From: Spirochaetia bacterium
GTDB lineage: Bacteria > Spirochaetota > Spirochaetia > SZUA-6 > Bin103
Reading direction: 5' to 3'
DNA length: 64,000 nt
Assembly (NCBI GenBank): GCA_965198005.1
Contig: CBDAOI010000002.1
Span: forward strand, 128,001-192,000
The first letter of the stretch is position 1; the number at the start of each line of letters is the position of its first letter. Shown piece after piece: positions 28,404-38,602 of the stretch. The notes below the pieces were generated by a model. It saw only the letters and a list, made by a program, of their open reading frames with translations. It did no database searches and was not told where the DNA came from. The position numbers were made by a program, and so were the translations under genes.

Positions 28404-30403
28404 TAGTAGTCCAGCAAAGGCTGGCGCGTTCAGCGGGGGACAGACCCGCCGGGGTAAGAGCCAGAGCCCCGTAGTTTGGATGGCAGGGAGGAGGGAAACC
28501 GATGATCTGAAGCCCATTGACACGGCCATCGTAAGGGTGGTCGACGAGTCACCGGGCCGTAACGAGAGTGAACGCACAGGTAGCCCCGAAAGTCGCAAGG
28601 TCCGGAGGCCGAGTCCGTATTCGTAGGACGAAGGCAGCATGGCGTAGCGCAGACTGGCTGAAGCGCTACGACACTCTGGCGGGGTGGTAGCGACGGCACG
28701 GTGACGAGGACGCGCTAAGCAACTGGAGAAGCCCTCCTCGCCCCGTTGAGAAATCGGCGGAGCAAGGTAGGCCGTATAACCGGCAGCACCGGGAAATCGG
28801 CCGACAGGCGAGAGGGTGGCGGAGGGGTTGGTAGTACCGGGGAAGTCGGGTAACGCCGGTGGAGGGAAGCGGCCCTGCTGTTTTGTAACGACTTTGGCAA
28901 CAGGGGAGGCAGAGGCGAGATGATAAAGGCGCCGATCAAACTGCGGGACCTGAGACGAAGGATATACGTGAAGGCGAAGGCTGAACCTGAATGGCGATTC
29001 TGGGGCCTGTTCGTGCACGTCCGCAAGTTGGAAACACTACGCGAAGCATATGCACTGGCCGAGCGGAACGACGGGAGCCCCGGGATTGACGGGGTGACAT
29101 TCGAGGCCATCGAGGCCGGTGGAGTGGAGAGTTTCCTTGAGCGGATACGTGAGGAACTGGTAACGGGCGAATACCTGCCGCAGCGGAACCGGAGACAGGA
29201 GATACCGAAGGGCGGGGGCAAGGTCCGCGTGCTGGGGATTCCCACGATCCGGGACCGGGTGGTGCAGGGAGCGCTCAAGCTGATATTGGAGCCGATCTTC
29301 GAGGCTGATTTTCAAGCGGGGTCGTATGGCTACCGGCCGCAGCGGAGCGCGCACGATGCAGTGGCGCGAGTCGCAGGGGCTATCGTGAGCAACAAGACGC
29401 GCGTGATAGACGTTGACCTGAGCAGCTACTTTGACAACGTAAGGCATCATCTGTTGTTGGAGAAAGTGGCGCAGAGGGTGAGCGACGGGGACGTGATGGC
29501 GTTACTCAAGAAGATACTGAAGGCGAACGGGAAGAAAGGGGTACCGCAGGGCGGGGTGATTTCACCCTTGCTGAGCAACGTGTACCTGAACGAGGTGGAC
29601 CGGATGCTGGAGCGGGCCAAGGAAACGACCCGTAAAGGCCGGTACGCGTATGTGGAATACGTGCGCTGGGCGGATGACCTGGTAATTCTTGTGGACGCCT
29701 ACCAGCGCCATGACTGGCTGCTGGCAGCGGTAGACAAACGACTGCGGGAGGAATTGGAGCGCCTCCAGGTGGAAGTGAACGAGGACAAGAGCCGGACGGT
29801 GGACCTGGCGAAGGGCGAGAGCTTTGGATTCCTGGGGTTTGACTTTCGGCGCGTGCGCAGTCTGCGGGGAGTGTGGCGACCCCAGTACACCCCGCAGACC
29901 AAGAAGCGGAGCGCGCTGTTGCGCAAGCTCAAGGAGATATTCCGACGCTATCGATCACAGCCGGTAGGACGGGTGGTGGAGATCATCAATCCGATCCTGC
30001 GCGGGTGGGTGAACTACTTTGCGATCGGGCATTCGAGCAGGTGTTTTGGCTATGTTCGCGACTGGGTGGAGAAGAAGATACGGCGGCATATGATGCGCGC
30101 CAAGAAACGCCAGGGATTTGGTTGGAAGAGGTGGAGTAGGAGCTGGCTGTATGAGCGGCTGGGACTGTACGGTGATTACCGGGTCCGGTGGCCGCGGTCC
30201 GCTTCGAAAGCGCTCCCGACACGATAGGCCACATAACCCTTGACGTGAAGCAGACAGGAAAGCCCGGTGCCGGAAATCGGCACGCCGGGTTTGATGAGGC
30301 GGGGGCTGGAAACGTGACCATGGGAGCCGGACTGCGGACCAACGCGAAAGTGGTTGGAATTGCCACCGGACCCTACCGTCGGCGCGCCAGTCCTCGACCC
30401 CAC
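28404..30403 (+). mobile_element. group II intron, 5' end apparently truncated
   Basis: RT ORF; domain V aaAGCccggtgccggaaatcggcacgccgggttt at 30259-30292; domain VI ending ..cgaccccAC at 30403. Absent from repeat copy B; no GUGYG at the junction. Confidence 0.88.
28920..30227 (+). CDS. ltrA: group II intron reverse transcriptase/maturase, no endonuclease domain
   Basis: PGIDG, RVLGIPTIRDRVVQ, SYGYRP, VDLSSYFD, PQGGVISPLL, RWADD, FLGF, NPILRGWVNYF. Confidence 0.95.
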   Translation: MIKAPIKLRDLRRRIYVKAKAEPEWRFWGLFVHVRKLETLREAYALAERNDGSPGIDGVTFEAIEAGGVESFLERIREELVTGEYLPQRNRRQEIPKGGGKVRVLGIPTIRDRVVQGALKLILEPIFEADFQAGSYGYRPQRSAHDAVARVAGAIVSNKTRVIDVDLSSYFDNVRHHLLLEKVAQRVSDGDVMALLKKILKANGKKGVPQGGVISPLLSNVYLNEVDRMLERAKETTRKGRYAYVEYVRWADDLVILVDAYQRHDWLLAAVDKRLREELERLQVEVNEDKSRTVDLAKGESFGFLGFDFRRVRSLRGVWRPQYTPQTKKRSALLRKLKEIFRRYRSQPVGRVVEIINPILRGWVNYFAIGHSSRCFGYVRDWVEKKIRRHMMRAKKRQGFGWKRWSRSWLYERLGLYGDYRVRWPRSASKALPTR

Positions 30404-30445
30404 CTGCGCGGGGGGCGCCGGGCAACCGGCGTTCCTACCGCGAAC
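30404..30445 (+). ncRNA. 3' end (end of DV + DVI) of a second group II intron
   Basis: ctgcgcggggggcgccgggcaaccggcgttcctaccgcgaac: GCAA-capped hairpin, candidate bulged A, terminal AC. Confidence 0.7.
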
Positions 30446-30513
30446 ACCCCTGGGTATGGAAGGCCCTTAGCGGGCCGCTCTGAGGCCGACTCGGACGGCG
30501 AGCGGCCCGCAGA

Positions 30514-30828
30514 TTGCGACTGCTCGGCTTGGAGACGATCTACCGCAAGCCGCGGCTCAGCGTCGCGAACCCGGAGCATCGGGTATATCCCTATCTGCTG
30601 CGGGGGCTTACGATCGACCGACCGAATCAGGTGTGGTGTGCAGACATCACCTATATCCCGGTGCAGGACGGGTTCCTGTACTTGGTGGCGATCATGGACT
30701 GGGCCAGCCGGCGGGTGCTGGCGTGGCAGTTGTCCAACACGTTGGACGCCCGGTTCTGCGTCGAGGCACTGGAGGAAGCGCTGGAGATGTACGGCAACCC
30801 GGAGATCTTCAACACCGATCAGGGGAGC
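30514..30828 (+). pseudogene. IS3-family transposase (rve) fragment
   Basis: YPYLLRGLTIDRPNQVWCADITYIP..AIMDWASR..PEIFNTDQGS. Confidence 0.88.
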
Positions 30829-30914
30829 TCCTGCACTACCTCCCGTCCGATCTACATCAGGCACTCATCCACCAGTAGTTCCAACCCCAGCATCCCAGCG
30901 GCGCTGCTTGCATC

Positions 30915-31235
30915 GCACTCGACACCGTGGTGGGCAGCACCGCCAGCGCGTAGATGCCGGCCAGGATGCGCGGGTCGCCGCCGCGCCACAGCAGCGTCGC
31001 GCTGGCGGCGAAATATACTGGCGTGACGATGAAGATGAACGCCTGCAGGACCAGGTGCAGGCGCATGTCGCGCAGCCCGGAACGGATCGCCTCGGTGGGC
31101 AGGTTCAGGCCGGAGAGGAAAGAAAAGGACCACCACCAGCACGGTCGCGGTCAGGCCGCCGGCCACCGCGGCGAGCAGCCCGACGAAGAACCAGTTCTTG
31201 CGCAGCCAGGCGCCGGTGCGGGCTGGTGCAGCCAT
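30915..31235 (-). pseudogene. bile acid:sodium symporter (SBF-like) remnant
   Basis: WLRKNWFFVGL..SGLNLPTE..LHLVLQAFIF..LAVLPTTVSS across frames. Confidence 0.65.
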
Positions 31236-31351
31236 ATCGCGGCGCATCATAGCCTGCGTGGACGGCGGAGCGAACAGCCGACCGACAACCCTCCGCGTGG
31301 CTTACGCGCGCGGCCTGAGCGCGGCCTGCGGCATTGCTTGACATCTCTCGA

Positions 31352-31379
31352 TCCATACGTAAGCATGCTTACGTATGGA
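31352..31379. promoter_or_regulatory. perfect 28-bp palindrome, putative TA operator
   Basis: tccatacgtaagcatgcttacgtatgga equals its reverse complement; TTGACA at 31338-31343; the palindrome includes the ATG at 31375. Confidence 0.75.
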
Positions 31380-31626
31380 CAAGGTTCTCTCAACCAGAAT
31401 CGACGAAGACACCGCTCAGACTCTGGATGGTCTCGCCGTCACTCTGCGAACGTCCAAGAAACGCATCGTCGAGGACGCTATCCGGCTCTATAGCAAGACG
31501 GTCGAGCAGAAGCCAGACCCGCTCGATCAATCGTTCGGCGCCTGGCGGCGGACGGAGGCACCGGATGAGTTGCACCGCCGGATTCGTGCTGCTTTTGAAG
31601 ACTCCATGCACCGGAATCAGAGGTGA
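31375..31626 (+). CDS. RHH/CopG-type antitoxin
   Basis: VLSTRIDEDTAQTLDGLAVTLRTSKKRIVEDAIRLY..SFGAW; overlaps the PIN gene. Confidence 0.8.
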   Translation: MDKVLSTRIDEDTAQTLDGLAVTLRTSKKRIVEDAIRLYSKTVEQKPDPLDQSFGAWRRTEAPDELHRRIRAAFEDSMHRNQR

Positions 31627-32012
31627 GGACATACGTCGATGCCGACGTCTTGATCTGGCATCTCCGGGGATTGGCGACCGCACAGGGATTCATCGCGGGT
31701 CTTCGTGCAAACCCGGCGTACGAACTCTGGGTTGGCGCAATGCAGAGGGCGGAGATCCTCTTCTTCATGCGGCCGGATGAAGAGGCGGCAACCTTCGGGT
31801 TGTTCTCTCAATTCAAGACCGCATCCGTCGGGCAGGCGATCATTGATGCGGCCGGCGAACTCTACCGCCGTTGGAACCCCTCACACGGAATAGGTGTCAA
31901 CGATGCCATCCTGGCAGCCACCGTCCAAGCTACCGGCGGCAAGCTCTACTGCCTGAACACCCGTCACTTTCCCATGGATGACATCCTGGTGGAACGAGCG
32001 TGGACGCCCTGA
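31623..32012 (+). CDS. vapC: VapC/PIN toxin
   Basis: YVDADVLIWHLRG, AEI, NDAILAAT, LNTRHFP. Confidence 0.88.
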   Translation: MRTYVDADVLIWHLRGLATAQGFIAGLRANPAYELWVGAMQRAEILFFMRPDEEAATFGLFSQFKTASVGQAIIDAAGELYRRWNPSHGIGVNDAILAATVQATGGKLYCLNTRHFPMDDILVERAWTP

Positions 32013-32102
32013 TCGCGATCCCGTAGGTTGAGCGCGCATTCCGCTGGCGCCGGGCCAGCGAGCCCTTTACCACTCGCAGCCCAGCCGGTAACGTCCAGAA
32101 AT

Positions 32103-32335
32103 ATGCAGATTGGCTTCAACATGTTGCTCTGGACACCTTTCGTGCCGAAGAGCACTTCCCCCTGTTCGCCCCGCTCAAGGAGACCGGCTACGACGGCGTG
32201 GAGCTGGAGATCTTCGAGGGCACGCCCGACCACTACGCGCGGGTGGCGCGGGAACTGGACGCCGATGCCCATAGCGAGGCCGCCGAGTACGCCGCCCAGG
32301 CCGGCGTTCCGCTCGCCGTGGAAGCGCTCAAATGC
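32103..32335 (+). pseudogene. sugar phosphate isomerase/epimerase (ketose 3-epimerase-like) remnant
   Basis: MQIGFNMLLWT, LKETGYDGVELEIF and LAVEAL fragments. Confidence 0.6.
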
Positions 32336-32354
32336 GGACGCTCGACCAGGTAGA

Positions 32355-32597
32355 GCACTCATCCCGGTGGTGACCCTGATCGGCCTGCAGTTGCCGATTC
32401 TGGTCGGGGGCGCCGTGATCATGGAGAACATCTTCAACCTGCCGGGGCTCGGCCGCCTGTTGCTGACTGCCCTCAATGACCGAGACTACCCGATGGTCTC
32501 CGGCATCAACCTGTTCTTCGCCACCGGCGTGGTGGTGATCAATCTGATGATCGACTTGGTCTATGGTGTCCTGGACCCCCGGGTGCGCTATGAGTGA
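32355..32597 (+). pseudogene. peptide ABC permease (DppB-like) C-terminal fragment
   Basis: ALIPVVTLIG..ENIFNLPGLG..RDYP..LDPRVRY; homologous to 40515-41471. Confidence 0.8.
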
Positions 32598-32689
32598 GCG
32601 ACCGCTGTTGTTCCCGCCGCTGGCCACCTTGCTTCTGCGTGCCTGGCGCGGACTTGGTGCAGTGCCGGCGACGCGGGTAAGATGGGGCG

Positions 32690-33430
32690 ATGACCCGGCG
32701 CCGACTGCCCATCGGCATCCAGACCTTCCGCACCCTGCGCGAGCGGGACTGCTACTACGTGGACAAGACCGCCTTCGTCCAGCGGTTGCTCGATGAAGGC
32801 ACGCACTACTTTCTGTCGCGCCCGCGGCGGTTCGGCAAGAGTCTTTTTCTGGACACGCTGAAGGAGCTGTTCGAAGGGCTGCACATCCACGCGGGCCACG
32901 ACTGGTCACAGCGGCATCCGGTGGTGCGGCTGAGCTTCGGCGGCGGTAACTTCCGGGAGTCGGACCTGCTGGACGCGAACGTCATGGAGCAACTCGCCGC
33001 CGCCGAACGGCGCCTGGGGGTAGTATCCGAGTTTCTGACGGCGGCAGGCCGCTTCGCGTATCTGCTGGAAGCCCTGCACCGTCAGACGGGACAACGGGTG
33101 GTGGTGCTGGTGGACGAGTACGACAAGCCGATCCTGGACGCGCTGGAGGAGCCGGAGGTGGCGCGCGCCAACCGCGACTATCTGCGCGGGCTGTACGGGG
33201 TGATCAAGGACAGCGACGCGCACGTGCGGTTCACGTTTCTGACCGGCATCACCAAGTTCTCGAAGGTGAACCTGTTCTCGCAGTTGAACAACCTCACCGA
33301 CCTCACCCTCGATCCGGTCTACTCGTCGATCTGCGGCTACACGGAGGGCGACCTGGACGCGGTGTTCGCCCCGGAGCTGGTCGGGCTTGATCGGGAGCAG
33401 GTGCGGGAGTGGTACAACGGCTGTCGATGA
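32690..33430 (+). pseudogene. AAA-ATPase-like protein (normally with C-terminal PD-(D/E)XK domain), truncated
   Basis: LPIGIQTF..YYVDKT..FLSRPRRFGKS..LVDEYDKP..WYNG, then cut. Confidence 0.85.
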
Positions 33431-33608
33431 ATGTATCAAAGTTGGTCGCATCAAAGATCAGTAGCCGCAGAGACCCCCCAGCAATTCTCGGTGAACAAAA
33501 ATTGAGAGGGTCGGCGTAGGGGGCAATGGCGGGCGGGACGGCACGTAAGTGGTCGTATAGGTCATGAGTATGTAATAAGTTGCCTAGCGGCTGGAGTAAA
33601 TATTCGGT

Positions 33609-34490
33609 CTACTGGTTGGGGTGAGGATCGAGCGGGGCGCAGAGGCGGCGGCGGAAATCGCGGCGGAGCGGATAGAGCCAGATGTCCTTCTTGGGCAGAG
33701 CGTGTTGGTTGTGGACATCGAGTTTGCCGCGGCCTTGGGTTTGCCCGACGTGGATCCAATTGGCGGCACGGTAGCTGGTGCCGACGAACCGATCGGATTG
33801 GACGAAGGTCTCCAGCAGCAGGGGGCGGTAGCCGTAGCGGCTGTGCCAGTCCTCCGGCAACCGGCGGCAGCTGCGCGCGAGCACCCAGGAGGCGAGGTTC
33901 TTGACCTGCACCCACGGCAGGATCAGGAAGCGGGCGTTGTTGACCACGAGGGGCAAGCGGGCCTCGCGTTGGGCCGCACTCCAGCCGATGAACCGGTCGC
34001 GCGGCGCCACCTTCCAGGCGCAGGCGGCAAACCCCAGCACGGCGAGCACCTGCGGCCCGCTGAGCACCAGATAGCGCAGTTGTGCTCCCGCCAGCGGGGT
34101 GTAGCCGAGGTAATGGTAGCGGTCCACGTACTCACGCCAGAGCGCCGCTTCGGCGCCCTTGGCGACCGGGCGCAGGTGCAGTTCGGACAGCCCCTGGAGG
34201 CTGCCGGTGATCGGTGATTGGGGCTCTGCCTGCGGCGTGCGGCGGCGCCGCAGGCGGCCGTTGTAGCAGGCCTGCTGTGGTGGGGGTAGTTGGATCAGGC
34301 CGGCACGGTGCATGCGCAGCAGGGCGACCCGGCAACTCATATCCTTCAGTCCCCCGTTGGGGCGCCGCCAGTCGAGCCGTTCGCAGACCAGCCGCGACAG
34401 GGCCAGCCGATGGTGGCCCGGATGCTCGGCCATGAGGCTGCGGATCAACTCCAGCTCCTGCACGCTGAAGGTGCGCCCGCAGTAGCGCAC
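33609..34490 (-). CDS. DUF4338 (DruA-like) protein
   Basis: RYCGRTFS..YHYLGYTPLAGAQLRYLV..RDRFIGW..RFLILPWV..LLETFV..YRAANW. Confidence 0.85.
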   Translation of the reverse strand: MRYCGRTFSVQELELIRSLMAEHPGHHRLALSRLVCERLDWRRPNGGLKDMSCRVALLRMHRAGLIQLPPPQQACYNGRLRRRRTPQAEPQSPITGSLQGLSELHLRPVAKGAEAALWREYVDRYHYLGYTPLAGAQLRYLVLSGPQVLAVLGFAACAWKVAPRDRFIGWSAAQREARLPLVVNNARFLILPWVQVKNLASWVLARSCRRLPEDWHSRYGYRPLLLETFVQSDRFVGTSYRAANWIHVGQTQGRGKLDVHNQHALPKKDIWLYPLRRDFRRRLCAPLDPHPNQ

Positions 34491-34495
34491 CAGCG

Positions 34496-36146
34496 TCAGG
34501 CGGCGCGCTGCGGGGCAGCCCCTGGCGGGGCTGGCGAGGCGCGCGGCGCTTGCCCGTCGCGGCGGTTCCAGGGCAGGAAGCGCTCAAAGTCCTCCGGCAC
34601 CCGACTGCCGGCGGCGGCGCATGCATTCAGGTACTCGGTCAGCCAAATGCGCGGGTTGATCTGCCACAACTCGAGCGTGTGGAACAGGCTGAACAGCGTG
34701 GCGGTCAACTCACCGCTCCAGGTCGCCCCCGAGCCGTAGTAGTTCTTGCGCCCCACCACCGGCCCACGCAACGCGCGTTCGGCCTGATTGTTGTCCATCG
34801 GGATAGCGGGCTGGTCGACGAACCGGATCAGCCCTGACCAGTGGTTGCGCAGACTGGTAAGCACTTTCTTGCGTGCCTGCGGCAGCTTCGGCTGTGCCAG
34901 TTCGCGCTCCAACCGCTGCGCCATCGCTGTTACCGCCGCGCGCAGCGCCGCGTCGGCCGCAGCCCACTGTACGGGGTCGTTGCACACCGGCAGGCGTACA
35001 GCATTCAAGTGATACAGCTCGCCGATCAGCTCCAGCCACTGCTCGCCCCATTCCCGGTGCTCGTCCCATTTCTCGGCCACGCGGATAAAATCGCGTCGAA
35101 CATGCGCCCAGCAGTACTGCAATTCCAGCGGGGTGTCCTTGGCCAACCGTTTGTAGGAGGAATACCGGTCGACACTCACGATGCCTCCCGCCACCCCCGC
35201 AAAATGCTCCTTCGGCACCCGCGCCGAGCGCGTCCGATCAAGGGTGAACACTACCGCCTCACGACACCAGAACACCCACAGACACCAGCGCTGGCCAGGC
35301 CTCCTGGTCAGTCGCTTCAAACACGTACCAGCCGGTCTCGTCGGCGTGCCAGTGGTCATCCAGGCGGTTGCGCCCGATCAGCGCCTCCCGTAGCGGCGCA
35401 AACAGCGGCGCCAAGCGCTTCAGGCCGTCGGTGATGGTGCCCTGCGCCAGCTCCAGGCCATGCGTGCTCAGGTCTTCCAGCAGCCGATAGGTCGGTCGGT
35501 GAAAGCGATACTTGTCGAGCAGCACCTGCACCCAGATCGAGACTCCCAGAATCCCCTTCGGAATCAGCCGTGACGGCGCCGGCGCGGTGAGCACGCGCGG
35601 CACGCCGGCGCAGCCGCAACTGCAGTGGTACCGCTGGCGCTTGATCACCCGCCGGTGGGCGCGCACTTCAATCTCCAGCACCTCGGAGTCCTCGCTGCCG
35701 GCCGCGCCGTACTCCCCGCCACACTTGGGACAGCAGCGCGCGTTCGGCTCCAGCTTGTGGTGTTCCTCCTGCGCCGGCAGCGCTGAGTGGTCGCGCCGGC
35801 CATGCCCACTCGACCCGGGTTGCTGGCCCCGCGGGCGCGGCGCTGCCGCCGCCTCGCTGCCGCTGCCGCTGCCGCTCTTGGCGCGCTTCTCGCTCTTGTT
35901 GTTGCGCCGCGCACGCCGTTCCCGCAGCTGCTGCCGCAACTCCCGGGCCTTCGTCCGCACCCCGCTCAACGTCTCTTTCAGCCGCCGCTCGCGCGCCACC
36001 GCTTTGCGGTGCAGCGCCCGGTAGTACCCCGCCTGCTGCTTGAGCTCCAGGTTCTCCCGCCGCAGTTTCGCTAACACGCGGGCACATCCCCCCGCGCAAC
36101 GCTCCCCGCGCCGTTCCCCATCAGTGTGCCGAGCAGTTCCCCTCAT
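34496..36146 (-). pseudogene. IS66 transposase, +1 frameshift near 35300
   Basis: CCPKCGG, HADETGW, VSVDRYSSY, CWAHVRRDF, DNNQAERALR. Confidence 0.88.
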
Positions 36147-36310
36147 CCAGCTCTCGCCTACAAGAATTTAACACCCGAATTCGGGAGTGTCCAGTCGAAA
36201 CTTCGAAACTTGAGTGTCAGTGGTTACCGTTCAGCGCGCTCACTCACTACCCTCGGGGATACCAGTGAACCGAATGTTTACCCGGCTGGACACTCGACCC
36301 CAGGGTTGTC

Positions 36311-37670
36311 ATGCTCTCTCCTATGGCAAGAGGTCGCCGCAGAGGTCCATTATTACTTCGTTTTCGTGCGCTCCTGGTCTCCTTGAACCTGCACGCCGCC
36401 AAGGTCGTCGATACCCGCCAAGCCAGCAAGGTCCGGTACTCCCTGCAGGATTGCTACGTGTGTGGTTTCGCCTTGTTTGTCCTCCAAGACCCTTCCGTGC
36501 TGGAGTTCCAACGCCGCTTCCAGGACCAACTCCGCACCAACAACCTCAACTCTACGTTTGGCGTCGCTCAGATCCCTGCCGACTCCCAGTTCCGCGATCT
36601 GCTCGACAGCCATGACTATGAACCGCTGCTCGGCTGCTTCGGCGACTGGATAGGGCGCATGCAGTACACCAAATGGCTGCAGCACTACCAGTTCCTCGAC
36701 GGTCGCTATCTCATCACCATGGACGGCTCCCAGTACTTCAGCTCGTACCAGGTGAACTGTGAGTGCTGTCTGACCGCCACCAACAACGGCACCGTACGCT
36801 ACCACCACGACATCCTGCAGACCGCCATCGTCCACCCCGACAAGCGGCAGGTGCTGCCGTTGGCTCCCGTGTTCATTCACAACGCCGATGACTCTGGCGC
36901 CAAGAGCGCCAAACGCCGCAAGCAGGACTGTGAAATAAAAGCCGGCTACCGTGCCGTGCAGCGCATCCGTAACGACCATCCCCGGCTGGCTGCGGTGATC
37001 GTCGCCGATAGTCTGTACTCCAAGCAACCGTTCATCGAACAGGTGCGCGCCGCACGCTGCTCGTTTCTGCTGGTGGCCAAGCCGGAGGATCACACCAGCC
37101 TGTACCAGGATATCGACGGGCTGCGCCGCGGTCGGCTGCTGGACCACCGCTGCACCATCGACGCGACCGGGGACCGGCATGAATACGAGTGGGTTACCGG
37201 GGTACCGCTGAACGGCAAGCCCCGCAGTCCCCAGATCAACTTCGTGCACTACCGCATCGTACGTGCCGGCACGCCCACCTATCAAAACGCCTGGGTGACC
37301 GACTTGGTGCCGACCGCTGGCAGCGTCGCGCGGATCGTGCGTGCGGGACGGGCACGCTGGAAGATCGAGAACGAGGGGTTCAATACGCTGAAGCGCTGAA
37401 GCGCTGAAGAACCAGGGCTATCACCTGGAGCACAACTTCGGCCATGGTGACAAGTACCTGTCGGAGGCGTTCTTCGTGCTCCTGCTGGCCTATTTCATGC
37501 ACCAGATATTCGAGCTGGTGGACGGTCTGTATCAGCAGGTGCGGGCTGGGTTCGGGTCGCGCCGGGAGTTCTGGGGCGCGATCCGTGCCACGTTTCGGCT
37601 ATTCCTGTTCCCGTCGTGGGACCAGGTGCTGGTGCGGATGAACTCGCCGCCGCAGCCGCTGTCCGGGTAG
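36311..37670 (+). pseudogene. DDE transposase (ISNCY/IS4-like), frameshifted
   Basis: MDGSQYFSS, KQDCE, ADSLY, RWKIENEGFNTLK|NQGYHLEHNFGHG; broken by cgctgaag x3 at 37386-37409. Confidence 0.85.
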
Positions 37671-38602
37671 CCGCTCCCTGGAGAACTGAACCTGCTCCCT
37701 GAACGATCCCTGACGAGGGCCGCGGCGCAGGTGTGCCGGCCGCGGCTGAGCACCGCCCCCGAAGGCCGATCGCCGCACCGCGCCAGCCCGCGGCATCGGC
37801 CGACCGGCGGTGGCTGACGGTGGTCAGGTCATCGCACCGGGCTGCTTGACGGTGGCTAACTACTTCACCTGCAATCAGTTATAGAAGTTCGGCCGGGTCG
37901 GGCCGGGTCGGGCCGTCCGGTGCTTGCCTTTCACGGGAGGAATGGGTATTATTGGGTCGTGCATTCACGCGGTGGGCCAACAGGTGGGGCATGGTCGCAT
38001 TTCACATACGGAGGGCTTGAGCTTATGACACTCTGCCCCTCTACCAGCCGTTCACCGAGAATTGCTGCGCGAGTCACGTCATCGCTTGCACTAGCCCGCG
38101 ATCGGGGATACGATGGTCAGCGAATGGGAGCTGACACCGTCCAGCCCAGCCGCCGCCTAGCGCACCCGACTACCCGACTACCCGACTACCGCGCGCCGCT
38201 AGCCGCTCAGCCGACCACGCAACGGAGGGCCGGTCGGCGCCGGTGCTGAGCGCGGCACCATCGATCCGCGTGGCACCCAGCCGCCACGCGTCCGTGCGTC
38301 GAACGGCCGACCAGGTCGGCCGCAGATTCCACCAGTCCATCCCAACATGCGTAGCGACGCTGCCGGCGGTAAGAAACAGATGGGTTACGTGTCCGACCGC
38401 CACCCCGCGTGGTGTTCTGCGGCATGCCCATGTCAAAGGAGGCAAGGGATGAAATCTCCGTACGACTAACGCGGCTCGGGACCGAGCGGCGTCGGCCGCT
38501 AAAGGGTGTCGCCCTCGCTTTCTGATCACCTGCGGATTGCAGGCATATCGCGAGAGTAGGCGAGGGGCCGGCAGTAGATCCTACTCTCGCGCAAAGGAAT
38601 TT

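Larger units (their letters stand above)
24233..28410 (+). repeat. direct repeat unit A (SHMT-EEP-UvrD fragment-NDT)
   Basis: Near-identical to 42388-46573; 23663-26140 is also repeated at about 52240-54537. Confidence 0.95.
33596..36281 (-). mobile_element. IS66-family element with DUF4338 passenger
   Basis: IRs gtaaatattcggt / accgaatgtttac (12 of 13 match); flanking cggctgga at 33588-33595 and 36283-36290. Confidence 0.8.
33479..38067 (+). mobile_element. ISNCY/IS4-like element with perfect 18-bp terminal inverted repeats, containing a nested IS66
   Basis: cagcaattctcggtgaac (33479-33496) and gttcaccgagaattgctg (38050-38067). Confidence 0.8.

Noticed and set aside
27282-30227. Retron (NDT effector + RT)
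   Set aside because: The RT has maturase domain X and intron DV/DVI RNA, and the second NDT copy has no RT, so the adjacency looks incidental.
33609-34490. Druantia system (DruA-like gene)
   Set aside because: No DruE or other dru genes are present; the gene lies inside IS66 ends.
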